This document shows positions 24,011 to 38,311 of a stretch of DNA of 64,000 nt, one piece after another (within the stretch, counting starts at the first letter, position 1; the number at the start of each line of letters is the position of its first letter). Made by a program: the position numbers and the translations under genes. The stretch is from assembly GCF_902713615.1 (NCBI RefSeq), contig NW_024056036.1, forward strand, positions 62,001 through 126,000, in the 5' to 3' direction. The DNA comes from Scyliorhinus canicula. Lineage: Eukaryota. The notes below the pieces were generated by a model. That model made no database searches and was not told the DNA's origin. It saw only the letters and a program-made list of their open reading frames with translations.

Positions 24011-26374
24011 GGAGGGATTCTGTATTTGGTCCTGATTCTAGCCTACTTTTTTCGAGACCTGCTCACTTTTATTAATGCACTGGATGATGCCTCTGCTTTT
24101 AACTGTGGGCGCATTATTGCACGTCTTTGAGATGGAAAGATAATATAATAATACATATTTTGGAAAATAAATCAGTGTATGACAACAACCTCCAACGGAT
24201 GTATAGTGTATATAGTGTATGCTATGCAGCATTTGATATTCATTTTCAATGTAGTCAGTAGAGTTAGATTTCAGATATCACTTCTTCTTTGCCGGTACCC
24301 AAGACCAATTCCTACCCCAGAGAGTTGGATGTGTAGGAGGATGCAGAGTATTGTGTTCCCATGTGCTTGTTGCCCTTGTGATTCTCGGAGGTCTCGGGTA
24401 TGGAAGATGCTGTTAAAGAAATCTTGGCCAGTTGCTGCAGTGCATCCCGTCGATGTTACACAATGCAGCTACTGTGTGCCTGCTGTGAAGAGAATGAATG
24501 TTGCTGTAACATTAGCTGCTGTCTCAGTTATTTATCTAATGGTCCTTTGTTTATGTTACAAAATTACAACTATTCCATTCCCTTAGTTTATTGCATTAGG
24601 CCCGGCAATAGAAGTTCAGTTGTACAATTTGAAGTGGCTGCAAGAAGATCAGGGAGATCTGTGGTTGTAGGTACACACAGCTAGGGGGCTGACAAGACAG
24701 ACCATAACGTTTATCTGGGCATAGATCAGCATTGCTCGCCAAAGCATTTTAGACTATCACTGTCCCCTCAGTTTTTTAAAATCTTCACAATTTCCACCTC
24801 AGCTACTTACCAAATCATTGTGCATGGTCTAACGCAGCAATAACTGAGGGCGGGTCCAATGAAATATGAACAGAGATATGGCCCAGTGCAGAACTGAGGC
24901 TGTATCTAATGTAATACAAATAGAGACAGGTTTAAATTAATAGAAACAGAGTCAGGTTCTGGGTTAAAGTAAAGAGAGACAAACTGGGTGCATAACTCCA
25001 TTAGATATCGGAGCAGAATTAGGCCATTCGACCCATTGAGACTGCTCCGCCATTAAATCATGGCCAATATGTTCCTAATCTCCATTCTCCTGCCTTCTCC
25101 CAATAACTCCTGAACGCCTTATTGATCAAGATATGTCCTCTAATTGGTGGTCTAGTTTAATATGAACGAACAGAAATAGGTCCTTATTTAATATCAACTG
25201 AACCAGGTACAAGGTAGTATAATATAAACAGAGACGGGCTCACGACCTGGTGCAATACAGAGGCAGGGCCGACTGTCCCTTCAAGCACCCGCAGGGCAGG
25301 CGCATCATAGGTTCGAGACAAAGAGAAACTCCCTTACACTGTCCCCAGCAAACATTCTCAGAGCAGCTGCAGATTGTTTAGATATAGAATTAAATTCCCT
25401 CTACATAACTCGCTCAAACACATTAAAGGCCGAGAAACCAAGAGTTCGATGTCAGGTAAAACGTCTTCTGCACTCTTCCTTCAGAGATCTCCAAGACAGA
25501 TTGGCAGTGGGGTTAGTTACAGGGTAAGAAACCTCTGCATTTTCCTATCAAACTCATCCGGATCAGGTACAGCACAGTTCAGATACGGAGTAAATCTCTC
25601 TATGCACAGTCATATCAAACACTCACAGGGCAGATTCAGTGCAGGTGACATGCCAGTAAAGCTTGCTCTACCCTGGGCAATCAAATGCTCCAAGGTCACG
25701 GCAGCTTGAATAAGTGCAAGGAAAGATTCTTCGGCCCTGCCACATCAAATCCTCAACCACCATGTGCAGCCCAGATCAGATATAGAGGAAAATTGTCTCT
25801 ACAGTTCTCATTAAACACTCCAAAGTCATTGAATGCTCCAACCACATTTTAGAGTATAACTCCCTCTACGTATTCCAATTCATTGGATTCGATCCATTAG
25901 TTGGAAGCCAACGGGGTGAGATCGGGGTGAGCGAGATGGTTTAGCTCTGTGGGCTAGACAGCTGGTTAGTGATGCAGAACAAGGCCAGCAGCGCGGGTTC
26001 AATTCCGGTTCCAACTCACCCGAACAGGCGCCGGAATGTGGCGACTAGGGGCTTTTCGCAGTAACTTCATACATGTGACAATAAAAATTGTTATTATTAT
26101 TGGCCACATGTCGATTAAAGACAATGACCCATCGTGGAGAGACATGAGATAGAACCAGTTATGAGAAAGACACAGAGAGAGATCGGATAGAGGAAAATTC
26201 TACGAACACACTTGGCATGCCCTTTTCTTTAGAGATAGAGGGAATCTTTCCTAACTGTGACCATGGATATCATTATTATATTTTTCTCATACAACTCATG
26301 AATAAAAATGTCGAAAAACAAACACTACTGGAATCCGTTGATCTATTTGCATCATTGGCTCTATTTCTGTGCTG

Positions 26375-29300
26375 TAGAACATAGAACACTACAGCGCAGT
26401 ACGGGCCCTTCGGCCCTCGATGTTGCGCCGACCTGTGAAACCATCTGAAGCCTATCTGACCTACACTATTCCATTTCATCCATATGTCTATCCAGTGACC
26501 ACTTAAATGCCCTTAAAGTTGGCGAGTCTACTACTGTTGCAGGCAGGGCGTTCCACACCCCTACTACTCTCTGAGTAAAGAAACTGCCTCTGACATCTGT
26601 CCTATATCTCTCACCCCTCAATTTAAAGCTATGTCCCCTCGTGTTGGTCATCACCACCCGAGGAAAAAGACTCTCACTGTCCACCCTATCTAACCCTCTG
26701 ACTATCTTATATGTCTCTATTAAGTCACCTCTCAGCCTTCTCCTCTCTAACGAAAACAACCTCAATTCCCTGAGCCTTTCCTCGTAAGACCTTCCCTCCA
26801 TACCAGGCAACATCCTAGTAAATCTCCTCTGAACCCTTTCCAAAGCTTCCACATCCTTCCTATAATGTGGTGACCAGAACTGCACGCAGTACTCCAGGTG
26901 TGGCCGCACCAGAGTTATGTACAGCTGCAGCATGACCCTGTGGTTCCGAAACTCAATCCCCCTGCTTATAAAGGCTAGCACACCATATGCCTTCTTAACA
27001 GCCCTATTAACCTGGGTGGCAACTTTCAAGGATTTATGTACCTGGATGCCGAGATCTCTCTGTTCATCTACACTACCAAGAATCTTGCCATTAGCCCAGT
27101 ACTCTGCATTCCTGTTACTCCTTCCAAAGTGAACCACCTCACACTTTTCCGCATTAAACTCCATCTGCCACCTCTCAGCCCAGCTCTGCAGCTTATCTAT
27201 GTCCCTCTGTATCCTATAACATCCTTCAGCACTATCCACAACTCCACCGACCTTCGTGTCATCTGCAAATTTACTAACCCATCCTTCTACACCCTCTTCC
27301 AGGTCATTTATAAAAATGACAAACAGCAGTGGCCCCAAAACAGATCCTTGCGGTACACCACTAGTAACTGAACTCCAGGATGAACATTTGCCATCAACCA
27401 CCACCCTCTGTCTTCTTTCAGCTAGCCAATTACTGATCCAAACCGCTAAATCACCTTCAATTCCATACTTCCTTATTTTCTGCAATAGCCTACCGTGGGG
27501 AACCTTATCAAACGCCTTACTGAAATCCATATACACCACATCAACAGCTTTACCCTGATCCACCTGTTTGGTCACCTTCTCAAAAAACTCAATAAGGTTT
27601 GTGAGACATGACCTACCCTTCACAAAACCGTGTTGAGTATCGCTAATCAACTTGTTCTTTTCAAGATGATTATAAACCCTATCTCTTATAACCTTTTCCA
27701 ACATTTTACCCACAACCGAAGTAAGGCTCACAGGTCTATAATTACCAGGGTTGTCTCTACTCCCCTTCTTGAACAAGGGGACAACATTTGCTATCCTCCA
27801 GTCTTCCGGCACTATTCCTGTCGACAAAGACGACATAAATATCAAGGACAAAGGCTCTGCAATCTCCTCCCTGGCTTCCCAGAGAATCCTAGGATAAATC
27901 CCATCTGGTCCAGGGGACTTATCTATTTTGACATTTTCTAAAATTGCTAACACCTCCTCCTTTTGAACCTCAATTCCATCTAGCCTGGTCGACTGAACCT
28001 GAGTGTTCTCCTCGACAACATTGTCTTTCTCCAGTGTAAACACTGACGAAAAATATCCATTTAATGCTTCCCCTATCTCCTCTGATTCCACACACAACTT
28101 TCCACTACTATCCTTGATTGGCCCTAATCTTACTCGAGTCATTCTTTTGTTCCTGATATACCTATAGAAAGCCTTAGGGTTTTCCTTGATCCTATCCGCC
28201 AACGACTTTTCGTGTCCTCTCCTCGCTCTTCTTAACTCTCCCTTTAGGTCCTTCCTGGCTAACTTGTAACTCTCAAGTGCCCTAACTGAGCCTTCATGTC
28301 TCATCCTAACATAAGCCGCCTTCTTCCTCTTGACAAGTGCTTCAACTTCCTTAGTAAACCACGGCTCCCTTGCTCGACAACTTCCTCCCTGCCTGACAGG
28401 TACATACTTATCAAGGACACGCAGTAGCTGTTCCTTGAAAAAGCTCCACATTTCGATTGTACCCATCCCCTGCAGTTTCCTCCCCCATCCTATACCTCCT
28501 AAATCTTGCCGAATAGCATCATAATTGCCTTTCCCCCAGCTATAATTCTTGCCTTGCGGTATATACCTATCCCTGCCCATTGCTAAAGTAAACATAACCG
28601 AGTTGTGATCACTATCACCAAAGTGCTCACCTACATCTAAATCTAACACCTGGCCGGGTTCATTACCCAGTACCAAATCCAATGTGGCCTCGCCCCTTGT
28701 TGGTCTGTCTACATACTGTGTCAGAAAACCCTCCTGCACACACTGCACAAAAACTGACCCATCTATAGTACTCGAACTATAGTATTTCCAGTCAATATTT
28801 GGAAAGTTAAAGTCCCCCATAACAACTACCCTGTTACTCTCGCTCCTGTCAAGAATCATCTTTGCAATCCTTTCCTCGACATCTCTGGGACTATTCGGAG
28901 GTCTATAGACAACTCCCAACAGGGTGACCTCGCCTCTACTGTTCCTAACCTCGGCCCATACTGCCTCAGTAGACGAGTCCTCAAGCGTCCTTTCTACCGC
29001 CGTAATACTTTCCTTGATTAACAATGCCACACCCCCCCCCCTCTTTTACCATCTTCTCTGTTCTTACAGAAACATCTAAATCCTGGAACCTGCAACAACC
29101 ATTCCTGTCCCTGCTCTACCCATGTCTCCGAAATCGCCACAACATCGAGATCCCAGGTACCAACCCATGCTGCAAGCTCACCCACCTTATTCCGGATGCT
29201 CCTGGCATTGAAGTAGACACACTTCAAACCAGCGTCCTGCTTGCCGGTGCCCTCTTTCGAACTTTTAACCCTATCCCTGACCTCACTACTCTCAACATCC

Positions 29301-29743
29301 TGTACACTGGGACTACAATTTAGGTTCCCATCCCCCTGCTGAATTAGTTTAAACCCCCCCGAAGAGCACTAGCAAATCTCCCCCCCCAGGATATTGGTAC
29401 CCCTCTGGTTCAGGTGAAGACCATCCTGTTTGTAGAGGTCCCACCTACCCCAGAATGAGCCCCAATTATCCAGGAAACCAAAACCCTCCCTCCTGCACCA
29501 TCCCTGTAGCCACGTGTTCAACTCCTCTCTCTCCTTATTTCTCACTTCGCTAGCACGTGGCACGGGTAACAACCCAGAGATAACAACTCTGTTTGTTCTA
29601 GCTCTCAGCTTCCACCCTAGCTCCCTGAATTTCTGTCTCAAATCCCCATCTCTCTTCCTACCTATGTCGTTGGTACCTATGTGGACCACGACTTGGGGCT
29701 GCTCCCCCTCCCCCTTAAGGATCCCAAAAACACGATCAGAGAT
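26375..29743 (-). mobile_element. CR1 LINE, 5'-truncated in ORF1; ORF1 C-terminal SGNH esterase-like domain (29369-~29740), ORF2 APE+RT (29227-26466) broken only at a G10 run near 29032-29041
   Basis: ORF2 motifs CVYFNARSIRNK, GDFNFP, SPGPDG, QHGF, GVPQGSVLGP, KFADD. ORF1 VVVHIGTNDI...DGLHLN. 3' (GTTCTAT)-type tail. Confidence 0.96.
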
Positions 29744-31037
29744 GTTTGGGGAAACATTTGTTTTGTTTTTTTCAGTCCACAATCTAATCTGGGACTTCTA
29801 TTTCCGTGTTTATTTACATAAACACCTCACTGGTCACAATGAAATGTCCATGTCAGCAAAACGAGACAAACACAGTCACTTATTGATTAGTTTCAACTCA
29901 AAATAGCGATTTATTTTAAGAATATTGACAGTTGGGTAAAATGAATAGAAACTTCCATCAGAACAGATGTTACATAATTGAAATAAAAAACACTTTAAAT
30001 TAAGTATTCATTCTGAAAGTTCTGATGCCTAAATTAATAAAGCATCTTTAACCAGCTACTTTTCCACTGAATGTTAAATTGATTGAAATATTAACCGATT
30101 TAAAGTAGATAGATTGAAACATCAGGCAGAAGAGTGACCTATAGTCACATCAATCTCAGATCTTTTGACAAATTACAACTTGCATTTTAAAATGTTAACA
30201 TTTGGAAAGCGCTTGCTTTTGTATAACGTGTTACCGGACTTCAGGTCACCTCAACGCCCTTAAAACTCACTGATATGTTTTTGCTGAATTTAGTCACTCC
30301 TGTAATGTTGGAAATAGAGCAGGGAATTTGTGCACAGCAAGCTCCCACAAATGGAGATGTGATAAGTCACCAACTAATCTGTGATTTTAGGTGAAGAACG
30401 GACATTGGTCCAAGATGCTATGCTCTTCAGAATTATATCAATAAGGTAATCCACCTGAAATGTGAATCTGTTCCTCTCTCTGCTGATGCTCACTGACCTG
30501 CTGAGCAGCCTACTTTGTTGTTTTTGTTTTAGATTTCCAGAATCTGCAGCACTTTGAACAGTTTTGGATTCATTCTTCGCCATATGGCCATCAGTGACAA
30601 GGTCAGCATTAACTGTCCATCCTGAGAAGCCTGATGTGAACCACCTTTTTATTAAGGTGCACTTCGAGCGATTTTATCACATTTGACTTTCTGTAGCAAC
30701 TTCCCATCAACTGACGTTCTTGCTCAGCAATATCAAAGACAGTTAATAGTCAACCCATCACTGCTGAACTAGTCACATATAGGCCAAACAGAGTAAGGAG
30801 GGAAGATTTCTTCTCCTGAAGGATGTTGGTGAATCTGCTGGGCTTTGGGAAATTTCGATAACTTCATCAGTATTGTAAATGACATGACGATTTGTTTCTG
30901 ATATATTAATTCATTCAATTGAAAGTCCCCTAGTTGCCATAAAACCATAATATATAGGAGCAGAAGTTGGCCATTCGGCCCATGCAATCTGATCTGGCAT
31001 TCAATGAGATCGTGGCTGATCTGTTAAAATCCTCAAC

Positions 31038-31971
31038 ATGACTTTCGACTTCCGGTCGGCGAGCGAAGCGGTCACAGGGAGAGGGGCTCCCGCAAGCGGC
31101 AGAGAGCAGGGAAGGGACCCCCCCCCCCCCCAGACAGGCCGGTCGGCGGAGGAGCATCGGAGGCGGCGGCAGCGACGGGGCTTGGTGGCGGCGACGGGAC
31201 TCGGCGGCGGCGACAGAGGGGCTGGCGGCAGCGGGGCTCGGCAGCAGCGGCGGCGGCAGCGGCAGCGACAGCGGGGCTTGGCGGCAGCGGGGCTCGGCGG
31301 CAGCGGCGGCGGCAGCGGGGCTCGGCGGCAGCGGCGGCGGCAGCGGGGCTCGGCGGCAGTGGCGGCGACAGCGGGGCTTGGCGGAAGTGGCGGCGACAGC
31401 GGGGATTGCCGGCAGCGGCGGGGCTTGACGGCAGCGGCGGCAGCAGAGGGGCTCGGCAGCGGCAGGTCCAACCCGGTCCAAACACCCCCCCACCCAAACG
31501 CAGGCCAGGAGCGGTGCGGGACCGAAGGGGGGCCAAGCCGGAGGCAGCGACCAGGAGGTCGCGGGGTGCGAAGTGCGGCAGCGGGGCCCCCCCTCCAACT
31601 GGCAGCGGGGACCCCCCCCCAACCGGCAGCGGGGACCCCCCCCAACCGGCAGCAGGGACCCCCACCCCCAACCGGCAGCTGGACCCCCCCCCATCCGGCA
31701 GCGGGGACCCCCCCCCATCCGGCAGCGGGGACCCCCCCCAACCGGCAGCGGGGACCCCCCCAACCGGCAGCGGGGACCCCCCCCCATCCGGCAGCGGGGA
31801 CCCCCCCCCCATCCGGCAGCGGGGACCCCCCCCCAACCGGCAGCGGGGACCCCCCCATCCGGCAGCGGGGACCCCCCCCAACCGGCAGCGGGGACCCCCC
31901 CAACCGGCAGCGGGGACCCTCCCAAACCGGCAGGGACCACCACGTGGCAAGAACAAAGGGACTGGGCAAAA

Positions 31972-32003
<32 letters not shown>

Positions 32004-35000
32004 TGGGTGAGTGAGGAGAAAGGAAGGGGGAGATGATAAAACAAAAAAAAAAAGACTTATATTTCTGTTTTTAAAAAAAAACCCAAAAGAAAACTGGTAA
32101 AGAGAAAGGGGGGAGTATATACTATTTTCTCTCTTTATACACTCGCTCCCAGCAAAAGTAAGCCCATCGGAGAGGAGTTGCATAAAAGCGGGGAGGAGGA
32201 GAGAAAATAATTAAGAAATAAATAAATAAAATAAAGGGGTAAAGGAAAGAAGGGGGGGGGAAATAAATTAAAAAAAAATAATAATAAATAAAATAAAAAT
32301 AGGGTGCGGAAAAGGGGGGGAAAGAAAACCAAGGGGAGAAGAAAAGATGAAAGGGAAGGGGGAGAAAAAAATGCCAGAAGGGAGCCAAGAGAAAGGGGGC
32401 ACCAGAAGTAGACGGGGCAAAGGGCAAGCCAGCTCGGCGAACGAATCAGCACACGAAGCGGCGGGAAGGATGTATCGCCGCATCAAAAAGAGCCGGACAG
32501 ACAGGTACCCTCTCCCCTGGGGTTAGAGGGGGGCTGGAACTGGAAGGCAGCCTTTGCCGAGGTGGTGAGGGAGCAGCTGCAGGCAATCAAGGCAGAGTTG
32601 AAAGCGGACGGAGAGGCCGCAGTACAGACAGCAGTGGCCAGTGCCATGTCAGAGGTGCAGCAGGCTCTGACCAGATTGGAGGAGAAAGTGGATGCCCAAG
32701 GGGAGAAACTGGAAGCCCATGAGGCAACCATTAAAGAGCTGGAGAAAGCAGCGACCGACATGAGCGACCGGGTCACGGCCGTGGAGAGGGAAGTGGTGAG
32801 ACTGGGTGCAACACAGGGGAGCCAGAAGGGCAGGGTAGACGACCAGGAGAACAGCTCGCGAAGGCAAAATGTTAGGATAATGGGCCTGCCAGAGGGGATC
32901 GAGGGCGGAAACCCCACAACATTCGTGGCTGCGATGCTGGGCTCCTTAGTGGGGGGGGACACTTTTCCCACCCCACCGGAAGTGGACAGAGCCCATCGGT
33001 CACTGCGCCCGAAGCCCAAGACAGGGGAACAACCGAGAGCAGTCATAGCCAAACTGCACCGGTACCGGGATAGGGAGACAATCCTGCGCTGGGCCAAGGA
33101 AAATAGAGCCTGCAAATGGAACGGGCACGCCATCCGAGTCTACGAGGATCTTGGATCGGACATAACTAAGAGACGGGCTGAGTTCAACAGAGCGAAAGCA
33201 GCTCTCTACAAAAGCAAAGTGCGTTTTGGTATGCTGTACCCAGCAAAACTCTGGGTCACATACCAAAACAAGGAATATTTCTTTACAGCCCCTGCTGAGG
33301 CGAATAGGTTCGTCGAGGAGCACGGGCTGGAAAAACGCCATGGGAGGTAGGGACGAGGGGCCCATGGCAAGGAGAAACGACATGCCGACGGGGGGGGGGG
33401 GGGGGGGTGCGGAGGGGCGAGGCAAAGCCAGCCCCCTCCGCCCCGGCAGGAACACCCAGAACAAAAAACAACCCACTGCCCAAGGGACCGCTCCAGGTGG
33501 GAGGCCAGGCCCCAGCACGAGGGAACGGGAGTATTGGAGAAGGGAGAGGAGAAGCGAGACAGCGACCTCCGAGAGGGGAGCCACTGCGCTAGCAGGAAAG
33601 CTAGCGACGGGGGCACGCAACAAAGCAGGGCAGCAGCGCACCCCCAACAGGGGGGAAGGCGCCAGGCAGGGGAGGGGGGGATCACCCATCAAAGACGGGA
33701 GAGCAAATGGGGACAGGAATAGGGGATAGAGGGGCAAAGGAGGGGTATACAGGGGAGGGGGGAAAAGGGAGAGAGCGGGGGGGGGGGGGGTACTCGGGGT
33801 GCGAGAGACCAGGGAGGGGAAACGCAGGGACAAAGGGACAAAAGAGGCCAGAAAAGGAACAGGGCCACAAAGTGCCACAACCAAGGGCCCGAAACAGGGA
33901 ACCGCTGCAAGCACCCACCCAGTACGTTCTGTGGGCGAAGGGGGCCCCCAGAGTGCAGGGGACTACCCGCGTGGCGGACACACAGTGGACGGCCATGGCG
34001 GGTGCCCCCAGGACAAGGGAAACCCCGGAGCGCAGAGACCCGACCGCATGGGGAGAGCAGTGATAGTGGCCATCCTGGACGGCCCCCTAACAAAGGGAAA
34101 CCCCAGAGGGCAGGGGCGTGTCCTCCGGACAAATATGGTTAATCCCACAGGAGCGAGGGGGCAGAAGCCCCCCACCAGGATAGTCACCTGGAACGTAAGG
34201 GGACTTAACGGCCCAGTGAAGAGATCTAGAGTCCTCACCCACCTCAGAAACATGAGGGCCGACATAGTCTTCCTCCAAGAGACGCACCTGAGGGAGCAGG
34301 ACCAACTGCGGGTAAGAAAGGGCTGGGTGGGACAAACCTATCATTCCTGTTATGGGACAAGGGCCAGGGGGGTGGCGATCCTGATTGTCAAGAGGACAAT
34401 GTTTAGGGCGACAAAGACGGTTACAGACCCAGGGGGGCGGTATGTCATGGTCAGCGGGGCCCTGGATGGGGCGCCGGTAGTTCTAGTCAACGTGTACGCG
34501 CCCAACTGGGACGACACGAGCTTCATCCAAAAGACCATGGCAGAAATCCCGGACATAGCGACGCACCGACTAATCATGGGGGGGACTTCAACTGTGTACA
34601 GGATCCAAAGACGGACAGATCAAACCCCAGAACGGGGAAAACCTCAAACATGGCAAGGGAACTCAGTCACTATATGGAGCAGATGGGAGCAGTGGACCCC
34701 TGGAGATTCGCCCACCCGGGGGAGAAAGAATTCTCTTTCTTCTCCCCAGTACACAACGTGTACACCAGAATTGACTTCTTTGTGGTGGGGAAAACGGTGC
34801 TTCCAGGGATAGACAAGGTGGAATACTCCGCAATTGTGATATCAGACCACGCCCCACACTACATGGACGTGCGGCTGGAGACGGGAAGGGCCCAGCGCCC
34901 CACATGGAGGTTGGACGGTGCCTTACTAGCTGACAAAGCCTTCAGCGAAAGGATAGCGCGGGCCATAGCGGAATACACGGAGAACAACCAAAACGGGGTC

Positions 35001-38000
35001 TCATCCTCCACGTTCTGGGAAGCGCTTAAGGTCGTACTAAGAGGGGAAATCATTGCCTACAAAGCGCAAAGAGATAGGGAGGAAAGGGTGGCTAGGCAGA
35101 AGCTGGTCGACTCCATACTGGAGGTAGACCGTAAATACTCCGAGGCCCCGACCGTAGAGCTCCTGGCGGAGAGAAAAGAATTACAAAGGAACTTTGACCT
35201 GCTCTCCACCAGAAAAGCAGTACACCAACTCCGCCAGGCACGCGGGGCCCTGTACGAACACGGAGACAAAGCCAGCCGCCTGTTGGCACACCAGCTGAGA
35301 AAGCAGGCAGGCAGCCACCAGAGAAATTGCGCAAATCAGAGGTACCAGAGGCACGTGGGAAACAGAACCAGAGAGGATTAACGAAACCTTCAAGGCCTTC
35401 TACCAAGAGCTATACACCTCAGAGCCCCCAACGGGGAAGGCTGGGATGAACCGGTTTCTTGATGGACTGGACATACCAGTCGTGGGAGAGGGCAGAAAAC
35501 GGGATCTGGAAGCACCACTAGCACTGGGAGAGATCATGGACAGCATTAGCTCCATGCAGACGGGGAAGGCGCCGGGACCGGACGGATTCCCGGCGGACTT
35601 CTACAAAACATTCGCGACAGCGCTGGCCCCGCACCTGCGGGAGATGTTCACAGACTCGCTAGCTAGGGGCACACTGCCACCCACGTTAGCACAGGCCTCA
35701 ATCTCGCTGATACCTAAGAAAGACAAAGACCCAACGGAATGTGGGTCATACAGACCCATATCTCTGCTGAACGCAGACGCCAAAATACTGGCCAAAATCC
35801 TAGCCAAAAGGCTAGAAGACTGTGTACCTGAGGTGGTCACAGAGGACCAGACGGGCTTCGTCAAAGGTAGACAGCTTACCGCGAACATCAGGCGCCTGCT
35901 GAACGTGATAATGACCCCCTCCTGGGAGAGAACACAAGAGGTGATCGTCTCCCTGGACGCAGAAAAGGCCTTCGACAGAGTCGAATGGAAATACCTCATA
36001 GAGGTACTGGAGCGGTTCGGGCTGGGAACAGGGTTCACCGCTTGGGTAAAGCTCCTATACAGCGCTCCCATGGCGAGTGAACGGACCAACAATACCAACT
36101 CCCAATACTTCCAGCTGCACAGGGGCACCAGACAAGGATGCCCACTGTCCCCGCTGCTGTTCGCACTAGCAATCGAACCGCTAGCAATCGCGCTCAGGGC
36201 AGCAAAAAATTGGAGGGGGATCCGAAGGGGAGGTTGAGAGCACAGAGTCTCACTCTATGCCGATGATCTGCTCCTCTATATCTCGGACCCACAAAGCAGC
36301 ATGGACGGAATCATCGCGCTCCTGAAAAAGTTTGGAGCCTTCTCGGGCTACAAACTCAACATGAGCAAAAGCGAGATCTTCCCAGTACACCCGCAAGGGG
36401 GGGGGGGGGAGCACTAAAGGGGCTGCCGTTCAAACAAGCCCGACATAAATTCCGCTACCTGGGGATCCAAATAGCCCACGACTGGAAAGGGATCCACAAA
36501 TGGAACCTCACCAGCCTGACGGAGGAAGTTAAAAAGGACCTGCAAAGATGGAACACACTCCCGCTCTCCCTCGCGGGGATGATCAAAATGAACGTACTGC
36601 CCACGTTCCTCTTCCTGTTTAGATCCATTCCGATCTACATCCCCAAGGCCTTTTTCAAAGCGCTGGACAAACTTATCATGGCGTTCGTATTGGGGGGGGG
36701 GGGGGGGGTAAAAATGCTAGGATCCCAAAGAAGGTCCTACAAAAAACAAAATCCAGGGGGGGGCTAGCCCTCCCGAATCTACAATTCTACCACTGGGCGG
36801 CAATAGCCGAGCGAGTAAGGGGATGGATTCAGGAGCCAGAAGCCGAGTGGGTGCGTGCGGAGGAGGCCTCCTGCATGGGAACCTCCCTCCGGGCCCTCGC
36901 CACGGCAGCACTCCCATCCCCACCCAAAAAACACTCCAGCAGCCCAGTGGTGACAGCCACCCTCCAATCCTGGAACCAACTGCGGCAGCAATTTGGCCTG
37001 TACAAAATGTCAGACAAGGCTCCCATCTGCAACAACCATAGGTTCAAACCAGCACTGACTGACGCCACCTTCAAAAGGTGGAGACAGGACGGGGAGACAC
37101 TGACAGTCAGGGACCTATACACGGACGACAGGATCGCAACACTGGACGAACTGACAGAGAAATTTCAGCTAGCTGGGGGGAACGAGCTACGGTACCTGCA
37201 GCTCAAAAACTTCCTACGAAAGGAGACAAGGACGTACCCACATCCGCCACGACAGACACTACTGGAAGACCTACTGGACGCAAGGATCCTAGAGAAAGGG
37301 AACTGTAGTGACATGTATGGCCGACTGGTAGATAGGGACGACACCGTACTGGACGCAACAAGAAGGAAATGGGAGGACGACCTGGGGATGGAGATAGGGT
37401 GGGGACTCTGGAGCGAAGCACTGCATATGGTCAACTCCACCTCCACGTGCGCAAGGCTCAGCCTGATGCAACTAAAAGTGGTACATAGATCCCACTTAAC
37501 GAGAAACCGTATGAGTAGGTTCTTCCCGGAGGTGGAGGACAGACGCGAGTGATGCCAAAGATGCCCAGCCAACCACGCCCACATGTTCTGGTCTTGCCCC
37601 AGACTTGTGGAGTACTGGACAGCCTTCTTCGAGGCTATGTCCAAAGTGGTGGGGGTGAGGGTGGAGCCATGCCCGATAGTGGCGGTCTTCGGGGTTTCAG
37701 ACCAGCCAGATCTATTCCTGGGGAGGAGGGCGGACGCCCTTGCCTTTGCCTCCCTGATCGCCCACTGTAGAATCCTGTTTGGCTGGCGGTCAGCAGCACT
37801 GCCCAGAGCTGCAGACTGGCTGTCCGACCTCTCGGATTCTCTCCAAATGGAGAAAATCAAATTCGCCATCTGAGGGTCGGACGACGGCTTCCACAGAACG
37901 TGGGAGCCATTCATGCAACTGTTCCGGGACCTGTTTGTGGCCAACGTACAAGAGGAAGAATAGTCGGGTGGCCACGAACCAGGGGAAAATGGACGGGAAT

Positions 38001-38311
38001 CGGGGGAGGGTAGCGGGGTGGGGGGGGGGGGGGGGGGGGTTACGCGCTCGTTATGGGGGTTTGCTGGCAAGCCAAGGCCTAAAACCAAACTATAAATAAA
38101 TGCCTATAAACATGTGCCTCGGCCATATTGGGGAATGTAAAATATGTATGCTGGCTAAAGGGGGCGGCCACAATTGTTGTTATGAAGATGCTTACCTGTA
38201 AATATTCATGTTAAATTTTTGTGTTTTCTTTTTTTTTCTTTCTCTCTAATAATTTATAATTTGTCATATATAAAATATGAAAACTCAATAAAAAACATTT
38301 ATAAAAAAAAA
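31038..38311 (+). mobile_element. Near full-length L1-clade LINE: GC-rich repetitive 5' UTR, ORF1 (~32371-33350), ORF2 (34135-37963; APE, RT, C-terminal Cys motif), poly(A); inactivated by frameshifts and stops
   Basis: ORF1 RRQNVRIMGLPEGIE...RAHRSL..PRAVIAKL..Y.DRE. ORF2 IVTWNVRGLN, KAPGPDG, YRPISLLN, QGCPLSPLLF, YADD (~36255). A-rich tail 38288-38311. Stops at 36235, 37549 and 37871. Confidence 0.95.
31130..31935 (+). repeat. Two GC-rich tandem arrays in the L1 5' UTR: (GGCGGCAGCGGGGCTC)-type 31130-31460 and ~20-23 bp (GGCAGCGGGGACCCCCCC-AACC/ATCC) 31577-31935
   Basis: Directly visible; source of the Gly/Pro/Ala-rich spurious ORFs. Confidence 0.9.

Noticed and set aside
30930-32486. Gly/Pro/Ala-rich ORFs on both strands
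   Set aside because: Translations of the L1 5' UTR GC repeats.
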